This document shows, in pieces, positions 18,791 to 27,335 of a stretch of DNA of 64,000 bases. Position 1 is the stretch's first letter, and each line of letters starts with the position of its first letter. Position numbers and translations under genes: made by a program. Under the pieces are notes generated by a model that saw nothing but the letters and a program-made list of their open reading frames with translations, was not told the origin of the DNA and ran no database searches. The DNA is from a bacterium BMS3Abin06 (lineage in GTDB: Bacteria; Nitrospirota; Thermodesulfovibrionia; UBA6902): contig BDSY01000027.1 of assembly GCA_002897895.1 (NCBI GenBank), positions 4,644 through 68,643 of the forward strand, written 5' to 3'.

Positions 18791-19489
18791 ATGAGAGAAT
18801 TTAATGCGTTAAGAGTTTATCCTCAGCCTTCAAAACCGCGTTATGTCGGTAAGCATATTCGTACGATCCATAACCGTATCATTGCGTCTTACAGGGGGGA
18901 GGAATACTACGACGGAGACCGTAACAACGGGTATGGCGGGTTCAAGTATGACGGGCGATGGAAAAAGATCGTTGACTCCATGCGCAAAGATTACGGCATA
19001 GACGAAAACACAAAGATATTGCAGCTGGGATGTGAAAAAGGATTTCTATTGCATGATTTTAAGGAGAAGTTTCCTGGTATGAATATCCGTGGTTATGAAA
19101 TGGGCGGGTATCCGGTTGATAATGCGATGCCGTCGGTAAAGGAGTTTATTGATCAGGGCGAATATAAAAAATTGCCATACATGGACAATCAATTTGATTT
19201 TGTGATTGCTATAGGGGTCATTTATACTTTAACCCTGGCAGATGCCATCTCTTGCATTAAGGAGATTCAGAGAGTCGGCAAGGGAAAAAGTTTTATTACA
19301 TTAGGATCTTATCGTGATGATGAGGAACAGAAGCTGTTTAACATGTGGACTGTTCTGGGCTCAACGATCCTGCACGTGGATGACTGGACCGAGGTGCTGA
19401 AACATGCCGGGTATACCGGCGACTATCTTTTCACCACCTCCGGGTATCTGAATTTAGTTGAGGTGAATGAAGGGGTGACTGAATTGTGA
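18791..19489 (+). CDS. Class I SAM-dependent methyltransferase
   Basis: ILQLGCEKGFLL motif I, LPYMDNQFDFV; YDGDRNNGYGGFKYDGRW N-terminal motif. Confidence 0.85.
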   Translation: MREFNALRVYPQPSKPRYVGKHIRTIHNRIIASYRGEEYYDGDRNNGYGGFKYDGRWKKIVDSMRKDYGIDENTKILQLGCEKGFLLHDFKEKFPGMNIRGYEMGGYPVDNAMPSVKEFIDQGEYKKLPYMDNQFDFVIAIGVIYTLTLADAISCIKEIQRVGKGKSFITLGSYRDDEEQKLFNMWTVLGSTILHVDDWTEVLKHAGYTGDYLFTTSGYLNLVEVNEGVTEL

Positions 19490-19566
19490 AAGAATCCGGA
19501 CGTGGAGTGAAAACTGTTAAACCGGCAGATTACGTAAATATTTATTTTTAGTGAAAGGGACACCGA

Positions 19567-20637
19567 ATGGGTATTTTATACACGAAGATGAAGATATTTC
19601 ATTATAAAGACAAAATAGAGTCGCTGAATATGAATACGGATAAAATAATGCCGCCTGTCCATATAAGGATAAAACCGACAAATGTATGCCCACATAACTG
19701 CCGTTATTGCGCTTACCGGGCGGACAATCTGCAACTTGGCAAAGATATGCGTCTGGCAGATTATATACCGAAAAAAAGAATGATGGAAATCATAGATGAT
19801 ATTGTGGAAATGAGAGTCAAAGCCGTAACTTTCAGTGGGGGAGGCGACCCTTTTTACTACCCTTATTTACTCGATACGGTCAGGAAACTCTCAAAGACAC
19901 CGGTGAAATTTGCATCTCTAACAAATGGAGCAGGGCTTAATGGTGAGGTTGCAGAGATTTTCGCACATAAAGGTACCTGGCTCAGGATTTCCATGGATGG
20001 ATGGGATAATGAGAGTTACTCTTTTTACAGGAAGGTGCCGGAAGGGGAGTTTACAAAAGTAATGAATAATATGGAGGATTTCAAGAAACTCGGAGGCGGA
20101 TGCTTCCTCGGAGTCAGCCTGATCGTTGACAGGAAGAATTCAGATCATGTTTTCGATTTTATCCGCAGGCTTAAAGAGATCGGAGTGGACAGTGTAAAGG
20201 TTTCTCCCTGCATTGTAAGCAATGACGGAGAAGCTAATAACGAATATCACCGGCCTGTATTTGAAAAAGTAAAAGAACAGATGAAGAGCGCAATGGAAGA
20301 TATGGATGATAAGGACTTCGAGATCTTTGACGCTTATCACGAACTGGATAATAAATTCATTAAAGAATATACCTGGTGTCCCTATCTGCAGATTTTGCCT
20401 GTAATAGGGGCTGATCTTAACATATATCCCTGCCAGGACAAGGCATATAATCTGGAAGAGGGACTTGTCGGTTCGATTAAAGATCAAAGTTTCAGGGATT
20501 TCTGGTTTAATGACAAGAACAAGTTTTACAAAATAAACCCTTCAATTGTCTGTAATCACCACTGTGTGGCTAATACAAAAAACAAAATAGTACTGGAGTA
20601 TCTGGATACGGATAAAGAACATATGGGGTTTGTTTGA
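19567..20637 (+). CDS. Radical SAM/SPASM-type protein, paralogue of 4943-6016
   Basis: CPHNCRYC, FSGGGDP, WLRISMDG, C..LQILPVIGADLNIYPC...CNHHC. Confidence 0.9.
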   Translation: MGILYTKMKIFHYKDKIESLNMNTDKIMPPVHIRIKPTNVCPHNCRYCAYRADNLQLGKDMRLADYIPKKRMMEIIDDIVEMRVKAVTFSGGGDPFYYPYLLDTVRKLSKTPVKFASLTNGAGLNGEVAEIFAHKGTWLRISMDGWDNESYSFYRKVPEGEFTKVMNNMEDFKKLGGGCFLGVSLIVDRKNSDHVFDFIRRLKEIGVDSVKVSPCIVSNDGEANNEYHRPVFEKVKEQMKSAMEDMDDKDFEIFDAYHELDNKFIKEYTWCPYLQILPVIGADLNIYPCQDKAYNLEEGLVGSIKDQSFRDFWFNDKNKFYKINPSIVCNHHCVANTKNKIVLEYLDTDKEHMGFV

Positions 20638-20732
20638 GTGAGAGGCTCATTTTAAAGAAAGGATAGAGTTTAATCATGCTTAAATTAAAAGAACGACCAC
20701 GTGAAAAATATCCTTACTATTCGAGTAAATCA

Positions 20733-21749
20733 ATGAACTATAAAATTCTGGTTACCCTCGGGCCGAGCTCACTTAGTGAGCAGATCATTAATCTTATTGA
20801 AAAACAGGATATTTATCTCTTCAGGATTAATTTATCCCATACTCCACTGGATCATGTTGAGGAAAGAATAAATGAAATTAAAAAATATACTGATATCCCC
20901 ATTTGCTTAGATTCGGAAGGGGCCCAAATTCGTAATCGTATAATGGGGGAGGGCGCAGTTTTTTTACGCGAAGACAGCATGATAAAGGTTCATTTTGATG
21001 ATGTGCTGGGTGATTCTTTCAATATTTCGTTTTCACCGGATTATATTGCCACTCAGCTTCAAATTGGTGATGAAATTAGCGTTGATTTTGATGCAGCTAC
21101 AATCAGGATCACTGAGAAGCACAAAGATTATTGTTTAGCGAAAGTGATTGTTCCTGGAAACGTCGGCAGCAATAAAGCTGCGGATTTGCTGAATAGAAAG
21201 CTTGAACTCGATCCGATTACTGAAAAAGACAAGAAGGCAATAGCAATAGGAGAAAAATATGGGATAAAAAATTTCGCACTCTCTTTTGCCGGTAATAAAG
21301 ATAATGTAAAACAGTTTCGTGAATTAGCAGGGAAAGATTCAATGATTATCTCTAAGATAGAGAGTCGTTCCGGTCTACGCAACCTTGACGGAATACTCGA
21401 AGAAAGCAATGAAATTCTGATAGATCGCGGAGATCTTTCCCGTCAGGTACCTTTGGAAAAAATCCCTTTCTTCCAAAGAAAAATTATCTCTTTTGCCAGG
21501 AATAAAATGACCCCGGTTTATGTTGCAACTAATTTGCTTGAATCAATGATTATATCGGCTCAACCCACCAGAGCTGAGGTTAATGATGTGATCAGTACTT
21601 TGATGGATGGAGCGAATGGCCTCGTTCTGGCTGCCGAAACTGCGGTTGGTAAATTTCCGGTCAAATCCGTTGAGATGATAAGGCGGCTTATGGATCAACT
21701 GGAACGCTGGACGCCAAATACCAGTATTCAGGAGTTAATGGATTATTGA
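20733..21749 (+). CDS. Pyruvate kinase-like protein lacking the C-terminal regulatory domain (start ATG 20733 preferred over 20676)
   Basis: KILVTLGPS, RINLSH, SKIE, RGDL, LLESM, PTRAEV, ETAVGKFP; about 338 aa. Confidence 0.85.
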   Translation: MNYKILVTLGPSSLSEQIINLIEKQDIYLFRINLSHTPLDHVEERINEIKKYTDIPICLDSEGAQIRNRIMGEGAVFLREDSMIKVHFDDVLGDSFNISFSPDYIATQLQIGDEISVDFDAATIRITEKHKDYCLAKVIVPGNVGSNKAADLLNRKLELDPITEKDKKAIAIGEKYGIKNFALSFAGNKDNVKQFRELAGKDSMIISKIESRSGLRNLDGILEESNEILIDRGDLSRQVPLEKIPFFQRKIISFARNKMTPVYVATNLLESMIISAQPTRAEVNDVISTLMDGANGLVLAAETAVGKFPVKSVEMIRRLMDQLERWTPNTSIQELMDY

Positions 21750-21816
21750 ACTTGATTGTGTTCAATTGTGATAGCTGTTAAGGCTTATGTTTTTTTAAAA
21801 AAAGGATAGATATTTT

Positions 21817-22350
21817 ATGAACCCTATAATTTGGATAATGGGACCAACTTCAAGCGGCAAAACTACACTTGCGACAGGGCTGTTAAAAAAAATTCGCGGA
21901 GCTCAGATTAAATCTATTACATTTGATGGTGATGAGGTACGTGATTTTTTTGGAAAAGATATCGGGTTTGAACCCGCAGATCGTTTAAGGGTTGTTAGTA
22001 CTATTGTTCATCTATCCAATAAAGCCAGAGAGGCCGGGTTAGTGGTGATAGTTTCAGCCTTAACCGCCAATCAGGATGCTCGAGACTATATTTTGGAGCA
22101 ATTGAATGAGTACCTGATTGTTTATGTCGATTGTAGTATTAAGGCTTGTGCAAAGAGAGACCCAAAAGGTCTTTATGCTTTAGCTGAAAATGGCGCGATT
22201 GATTCACTTATTGGTTTTAATAACGACTATCTGCCCCCGGTTAACCCTGACATAGTCATTCAGACGGAATCTGAAACCAAGGAAGAGAGTATAAATTGTC
22301 TAATTGAATATTTAAAAAAATGCCATCCAGTTATTGAAAGGAACATATAA
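21817..22350 (+). CDS. cysC: Adenylyl-sulfate (APS) kinase-like protein
   Basis: P-loop GPTSSGKTT, DGDEVR, RDPKGLY, Y.PPVNPD. Confidence 0.75.
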   Translation: MNPIIWIMGPTSSGKTTLATGLLKKIRGAQIKSITFDGDEVRDFFGKDIGFEPADRLRVVSTIVHLSNKAREAGLVVIVSALTANQDARDYILEQLNEYLIVYVDCSIKACAKRDPKGLYALAENGAIDSLIGFNNDYLPPVNPDIVIQTESETKEESINCLIEYLKKCHPVIERNI

Positions 22351-22355
22351 ATCAT

Positions 22356-22456
22356 ATGAAATAAAAAGTTGTACGCGACCACTTTCCGTAGAAGATATAA
22401 CGGAAAAATATTGTAGTTGGCTAAATAATGAAGAGAAAAATCGAAAAAAACAATAA
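22356..22456 (+). pseudogene. Remnant of a GNAT/RimJ-like acetyltransferase N-terminus
   Basis: Frame at 22361 reads ...RPLSVEDITEKYCSWLNNEE then stops; upstream ATG 22356 is out of frame. Confidence 0.45.
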
Positions 22457-22516
22457 AGATTGCCCGGATGGAAACGAGTATAAATTCTCACCGGCTCTTT
22501 TACGATTGGAGGCGCT

Positions 22517-23854
22517 ATGATCTTGCAAGAAATTGTTCAGTTAGGGGAACAGTTTTTTTTAAATAAGCCACTGAACAACGCGGTTGAAAATCTCAAAAAA
22601 TATTTGAGCAGAGAAAAAGATAAGATACAAGAGCTGGCCGTATTGGGCTTCCAGAATGAACATATCCCGTTTTTAAATGCCCTGTCTGAGTCATTCCCCG
22701 AGTTGACTATCCGTTCTATCAATATTCCTCAAGAAAATTATCTCTGGAGAAGGTATACAGGACCGGAACAAACACAGCTTGATTACCCGTTTTCGCACAT
22801 AATACTCATTGCTCACCCGGATGGATTCCGGAAATTAATTAGATTTGTGAGATTCATGGTGGGGTATGAGACAAAAATAATATTACCCTTTTCCAAGACG
22901 GATAAAATAGAGGTGGATAAAGAGTATACTCTTGATTTGGAACCGTTGGTCAGAACAAAAATTGGTCTTTTTGGGCCGAATCATGGATCCGGATTACTCT
23001 CAAGGCAGTTGATGCCATTATTTGAGGGGCTTGATATCATGTTTGACCACACTGCGAAAGAGGCCCACCATGATGTCCGTTTTACAAGAAGTATCTCGCC
23101 TGAAAATTTATGTAAAGGTGTTGTTGGTACACGAGGGCAACTCATTCCTGCCGATAAGGTGGATGATTATTACATATCCCTTTTAAAGCTCTACCCAACC
23201 TATGACCGTTGGTTTTTTATCCATTGCTTTGTTAGCCTGGAAAAACTTGTTGAACAGACCCCCCCGGATATTGATTATATTTATTTAATCAGAGACCCAA
23301 GGGCAGTGGTAAATACTACGTATCATAGAGTAATGCACGACAACATGGAGCTGGATTTTGGCCATCTGAAAAAAATGTCAAAAGAAGAATTACTTTCATT
23401 TATTATTGACGGGTGGGAGTACCTGAGAAAGGACTACTTTCTAAGATATCCTTCTGTTCCGGATATGGTAAGGAATTCTCTATTTGCATATGAGTCGAAA
23501 TTACCTAATCTCAATTATATTAAATACGAGGATGCAATGGTTTCACCTCAAGAAACTTACAGGAATTTATTAAAAAACATTCGATTCGGAGAAAACGGGT
23601 TTACCGCTGTTTCTGATGTTGCTCTCCAAAACGCAATTGACGCAGGTTCTTTTGAAAAAATTTCAGGAGGCAAGCGAAAAAAAGGAGAGGATAACGTAGG
23701 TATTATAAAAGATGGCTATGGCACAATTACTCTCAGAAAAGGCGTCTTGCGAGATTGGGAAAATATTTTCACCACCCCGATTAAAAATAAAATAAAAGAT
23801 TTGATAGGCGATGAACTCATCAGGCTTGGATATGAGAAAGATCATGACTGGTAA
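22517..23854 (+). CDS. PAPS-dependent sulfotransferase-domain protein
   Basis: IRDPRAVV (3'-PB), IKYED, RKGVLRDWENIFT; 5'-PSB motif divergent (GPNHGSGLL). Confidence 0.75.
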   Translation: MILQEIVQLGEQFFLNKPLNNAVENLKKYLSREKDKIQELAVLGFQNEHIPFLNALSESFPELTIRSINIPQENYLWRRYTGPEQTQLDYPFSHIILIAHPDGFRKLIRFVRFMVGYETKIILPFSKTDKIEVDKEYTLDLEPLVRTKIGLFGPNHGSGLLSRQLMPLFEGLDIMFDHTAKEAHHDVRFTRSISPENLCKGVVGTRGQLIPADKVDDYYISLLKLYPTYDRWFFIHCFVSLEKLVEQTPPDIDYIYLIRDPRAVVNTTYHRVMHDNMELDFGHLKKMSKEELLSFIIDGWEYLRKDYFLRYPSVPDMVRNSLFAYESKLPNLNYIKYEDAMVSPQETYRNLLKNIRFGENGFTAVSDVALQNAIDAGSFEKISGGKRKKGEDNVGIIKDGYGTITLRKGVLRDWENIFTTPIKNKIKDLIGDELIRLGYEKDHDW

Positions 23855-23902
23855 TTTTTGGGTTGGTTAAAAGTTCTTTCAATAGTAATCAAATAAAACG
23901 CT

Positions 23903-25990
23903 ATGCAGGAAATAATTGAAATAGAGGAGGCGTGTGCCTCCGGTAATCATGAAACAGTAGTTTCAATGCTGGAGTCTATAGATTCTTTTGATATAAAAAA
24001 AGAGGCGTTTCTGAAAATTATCGGATATTATGAAAACAAATCTCTATTCGCAACAGGCTATGTGCTTTCCTTTGTGAAGTGGCTGATATTTAATCGTGAT
24101 TATAAAACAGCAATGGAATATATAAATAAATGCAGGAAAAAGAGTGTTGCGGAAGAAAGGTTATCACAACTTATTTTTGAAAGTCTTATAAAGCCGGATG
24201 AAACCTTTTACAAAGAGAAATTTAATAAAAACCTTCGACTGCTCCGGGAAAACAACATATTATTTTCAGAACAGGAGTTTGATTTTGATCAAATAAAAAA
24301 ACAGTTATTGATAATTGCAGATTACCAGCCTGCCATTCCAGAGAGCCTGCTCGAAAAAGTTAATGGCAAGAGACCGTTACTGATAGATATTATTAACGTT
24401 GAATTTATAAATAATCTCCTCAATGTTAATTATGTTTATCTTGTTTATAATGATGTGAAATTGTTTTACTATATGCTTCTGTTTGAAGACTTTTCCGGAA
24501 TAGATCAATACATCAAGCAAAAAAGGCTCATATTTTTTCTTGGTAAAGAGAAAAAAATCCTGGAAGATTTTTTCTTGAACTCATCCACTATAACGCCTGC
24601 TTTCTGTCTTGGCGAATCAATAAATGAGAAATATACTGAAATCATTAATGAGATAGTGAATGTCAGAGAAGAGAAACACCAATCCACTTTAAGGGCGCTT
24701 AATGATATTTATAAAGATCATGATTACAGATATTACAGGGACCTTTTTGCGAAAGGACCGTCAGACATAAAAATTATGCTGATAACGTCAGATAAAACCG
24801 AAATCAATCAGTTTATTGTAAGGAACTGGTATGAAGCCTTTTTGCAGATGGGATATCAGGTAAAACTGGTAATAGAAAGTGAACCCTATGAATATGTCTG
24901 CAATCATCTTATTTGCGATTCAATGAATGAATTTAAGCCGGACATTGTATTTTATATAAATTTTACGGTTAATGATATTTTCCATGATGAGGGGGAAGCA
25001 GGCAGAAATATATTATGGATATCAAGATACAGGGACTCTGTAGGCAGTGAGCTGTATCACGCTGAACCGGGTTATAAATATAATAATATGTTTATCTTGC
25101 CTGTAGCATTGGAATGGGAAGAGGAATTGAAAAAAATTGGTGTGCCTGAAAACAGAATATTGAGCACATCCGATGGAATAAACATTAATATATTTACAAA
25201 AAAGGAGAAAATAAACAAACAGCATGCCTGTGACATTGTAAACGTTAATAATGCAGTCGGAAGTTTGAATTTCAGATTGAATTATTATCTTGAAAACATA
25301 ACAAATGAAAATGTAAAAAAGGTAATTCTTGAACTGGTTGATGAGTTGAAAGAAATAGTTAGTGATGAAACGGTTATTTTTTATCTGCCCAATTCTGATA
25401 ATTTTATAGACAGGTTAAACAAAAGGATAGCACATTATGGAGGTGATTTGACTAAAAGCGGTAAAATATACATGGATAATTTTTTCCTTCATATAATGGA
25501 TTCGTTATGTCGCGCTACGGTTATGGAATGGATTATTGATTCTGGAATTACCAAAAATATCAGACTCTGGGGTAAAGGCTGGTCTAATTGTGAGAAGTTT
25601 AAAAAATACCATATGGGTGTGGCACAACATGGTGAAGAATTGTCAGCTATCTACAGAAGTAGTAAAATCTCCATATCAGACAGTTCATGGGCGCTTCATG
25701 AAAGGAATTTTGAAATTATGGCGAGCGGAGGATTTCCCTTAATAAGATATGTACAAACTCCGGAAGTCGAAGAAATGAACAAAATCACAAATCATTTTAA
25801 AGAAAATGAAGAGGTTGTGCTGTTTTATAGTAAGGATGATTTATTGAACAAGATTCAGTACTACCTTGATAACCCCGAAGAACGGGAAAGAATAGCTGAA
25901 AATGGCAGAAATGTTGTAATGCATGATTTCACTAATATTGCAATTGCAAGGAAGACAATGGAGTTTATTGGAAGTTACTATAGAGAGTGA
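23903..25990 (+). CDS. CgeB/YkvP-like glycosyltransferase (C-terminal GT-B domain)
   Basis: RLWGKGW, RNFEIMASGGF, IQYYLDNPEERERIAENG. Confidence 0.75.
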   Translation: MQEIIEIEEACASGNHETVVSMLESIDSFDIKKEAFLKIIGYYENKSLFATGYVLSFVKWLIFNRDYKTAMEYINKCRKKSVAEERLSQLIFESLIKPDETFYKEKFNKNLRLLRENNILFSEQEFDFDQIKKQLLIIADYQPAIPESLLEKVNGKRPLLIDIINVEFINNLLNVNYVYLVYNDVKLFYYMLLFEDFSGIDQYIKQKRLIFFLGKEKKILEDFFLNSSTITPAFCLGESINEKYTEIINEIVNVREEKHQSTLRALNDIYKDHDYRYYRDLFAKGPSDIKIMLITSDKTEINQFIVRNWYEAFLQMGYQVKLVIESEPYEYVCNHLICDSMNEFKPDIVFYINFTVNDIFHDEGEAGRNILWISRYRDSVGSELYHAEPGYKYNNMFILPVALEWEEELKKIGVPENRILSTSDGININIFTKKEKINKQHACDIVNVNNAVGSLNFRLNYYLENITNENVKKVILELVDELKEIVSDETVIFYLPNSDNFIDRLNKRIAHYGGDLTKSGKIYMDNFFLHIMDSLCRATVMEWIIDSGITKNIRLWGKGWSNCEKFKKYHMGVAQHGEELSAIYRSSKISISDSSWALHERNFEIMASGGFPLIRYVQTPEVEEMNKITNHFKENEEVVLFYSKDDLLNKIQYYLDNPEERERIAENGRNVVMHDFTNIAIARKTMEFIGSYYRE

Positions 25991-26008
25991 TCTGAAAAAT
26001 GTCTTCCT

Positions 26009-26280
26009 TTATCCCCAGATCTCTTTGAGAGGGATGTTAAAATCCGGGAACAGGGAAGGTTTGAATTCATCCTCCCCTGCAATGCCTGACACAAGGCGGC
26101 AAGTTTTTTTCTGTCAAGCTCAAAGCTCTCGATGGTCTGGTTCTCCGGGTCTATAAGCCAGAGGTGTTTAATGCCATACTTTGCATAGATCTTCATCTTA
26201 ACAATACGGTATTTTTGTATGGTCCAGTCTGACAGGATTTCAATGATGAGGTTAGGGGTTCCCTTGCCATTAAATAGCTT
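26009..26280 (-). pseudogene. 5'-truncated, frameshifted Uma2-family endonuclease
   Basis: Minus strand GTPNLIIEILS...KMKIYAKYGIKHLWLIDPENQTIESFELD; after a shift in the A7 run it continues RLVSGIAGEDEFKPSLFPDFNIPLKEIWG-stop. Confidence 0.8.
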
Positions 26281-26335
26281 GAAATTGGGCTACCATTGGG
26301 TTATCATGAAGATGTAGCAGAATTCCGGAGGGCTT

Positions 26336-26878
26336 ATGAAAAATATAAAAATTGACTACATTCCAAGGTATACTTACAATGACTATCTAAACTGGGAGGG
26401 TAGATGGGAATTAATTGAGGGACTTCCCTATGCTATGACTCCGCTGCCAATTATTGAACATCAGGAGGTCAGTAAAAATATTCTTTTACAACTTTCAGAA
26501 CGATTAAAAGACTGCATAAAATGTAAGGCGTTACTCCCGGTAGACTGGAAGATAGATAACGACACGGTTTTACAGCCGGATAATTCAGTAGTCTGTGAAG
26601 AGGTTGGAGGCAAGTATCTAACGAAACCTCCCTCAATGATATTTGAGATAGTCTCACCTGCAACAGCTTTTAAAGATAAGAATATCAAACACAAGATATA
26701 TGAATCTGAAGGGGTTAAATATTATATCATTGTAGATATTGTTGCCAAAGTAGCCGAAGTTTTCCATCTCGATGATGGCAGTTATAAAAAACTCAAAGAT
26801 GCTCAGGATGATGTGATAACTTTTAATTTAGGTGAGTGCGCGATAAATTTTGATTTCGGGACGATATGGGACATTTAA
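26336..26878 (+). CDS. Uma2-family (DUF820) endonuclease
   Basis: WELIEG..YAMTP.P..EHQ, QPD, PSMIFEIVSP, KIYESEGVKYY. Confidence 0.9.
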   Translation: MKNIKIDYIPRYTYNDYLNWEGRWELIEGLPYAMTPLPIIEHQEVSKNILLQLSERLKDCIKCKALLPVDWKIDNDTVLQPDNSVVCEEVGGKYLTKPPSMIFEIVSPATAFKDKNIKHKIYESEGVKYYIIVDIVAKVAEVFHLDDGSYKKLKDAQDDVITFNLGECAINFDFGTIWDI

Positions 26879-27183
26879 TTGTTGGTGGATCCGTAAAAAG
26901 TCTGAAATTGCTTTATATACAGACCCGCAATGTCTGACACAAGGTGATGTGTAATGTCAATTCATTGACAAACCTCTGCATATCACAGGAAAAATATTCC
27001 CGGAAAGAAAAAATATCTGAATTTTTTCTATATCCCCCGTAAAAATACCCGCATGAAAATTTACGATTTATTGTCTGTAGCATTCTTTTTTCTTAATAAT
27101 AACAGGCGGTTATGGATGTGTGAATAATATTCCGTAATTTCTCCATGAATTCAAATCAGTACATGTTAATAAGTTAAAGATTC

Positions 27184-27199
27184 TGGCACTTTATTTGCA
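27184..27199 (+). promoter_or_regulatory. Sigma54 (-24/-12) promoter upstream of the neuC operon
   Basis: TGGCAC-TTTAT-TTGCA, consensus spacing. Confidence 0.75.
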
Positions 27200-27335
27200 G
27201 TCTTTAAAATGTGCATATATATAAGTATTTAACCGGCAGGAATAACACTTTCAAATTAATAGATTTTAATTTTAAAAAGAGTTAAGAAATTATATAACTC
27301 AACTAATAGTTTCCCGGAAGATAATCAGGAAAAGG

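Noticed and set aside
7841-22350. O-methyl phosphoramidate or phosphonate pathway (GATase-like, APS kinase-like and MTase genes present)
   Set aside because: No PEP-synthase-like glutamine kinase, PEP mutase or matching cytidylyltransferase; the adjacent sulfotransferase explains the kinase better
26886-26902. tggatccgtaaaaagtc as an IS/MITE terminal repeat
   Set aside because: No partner inverted copy or transposase was found in the window
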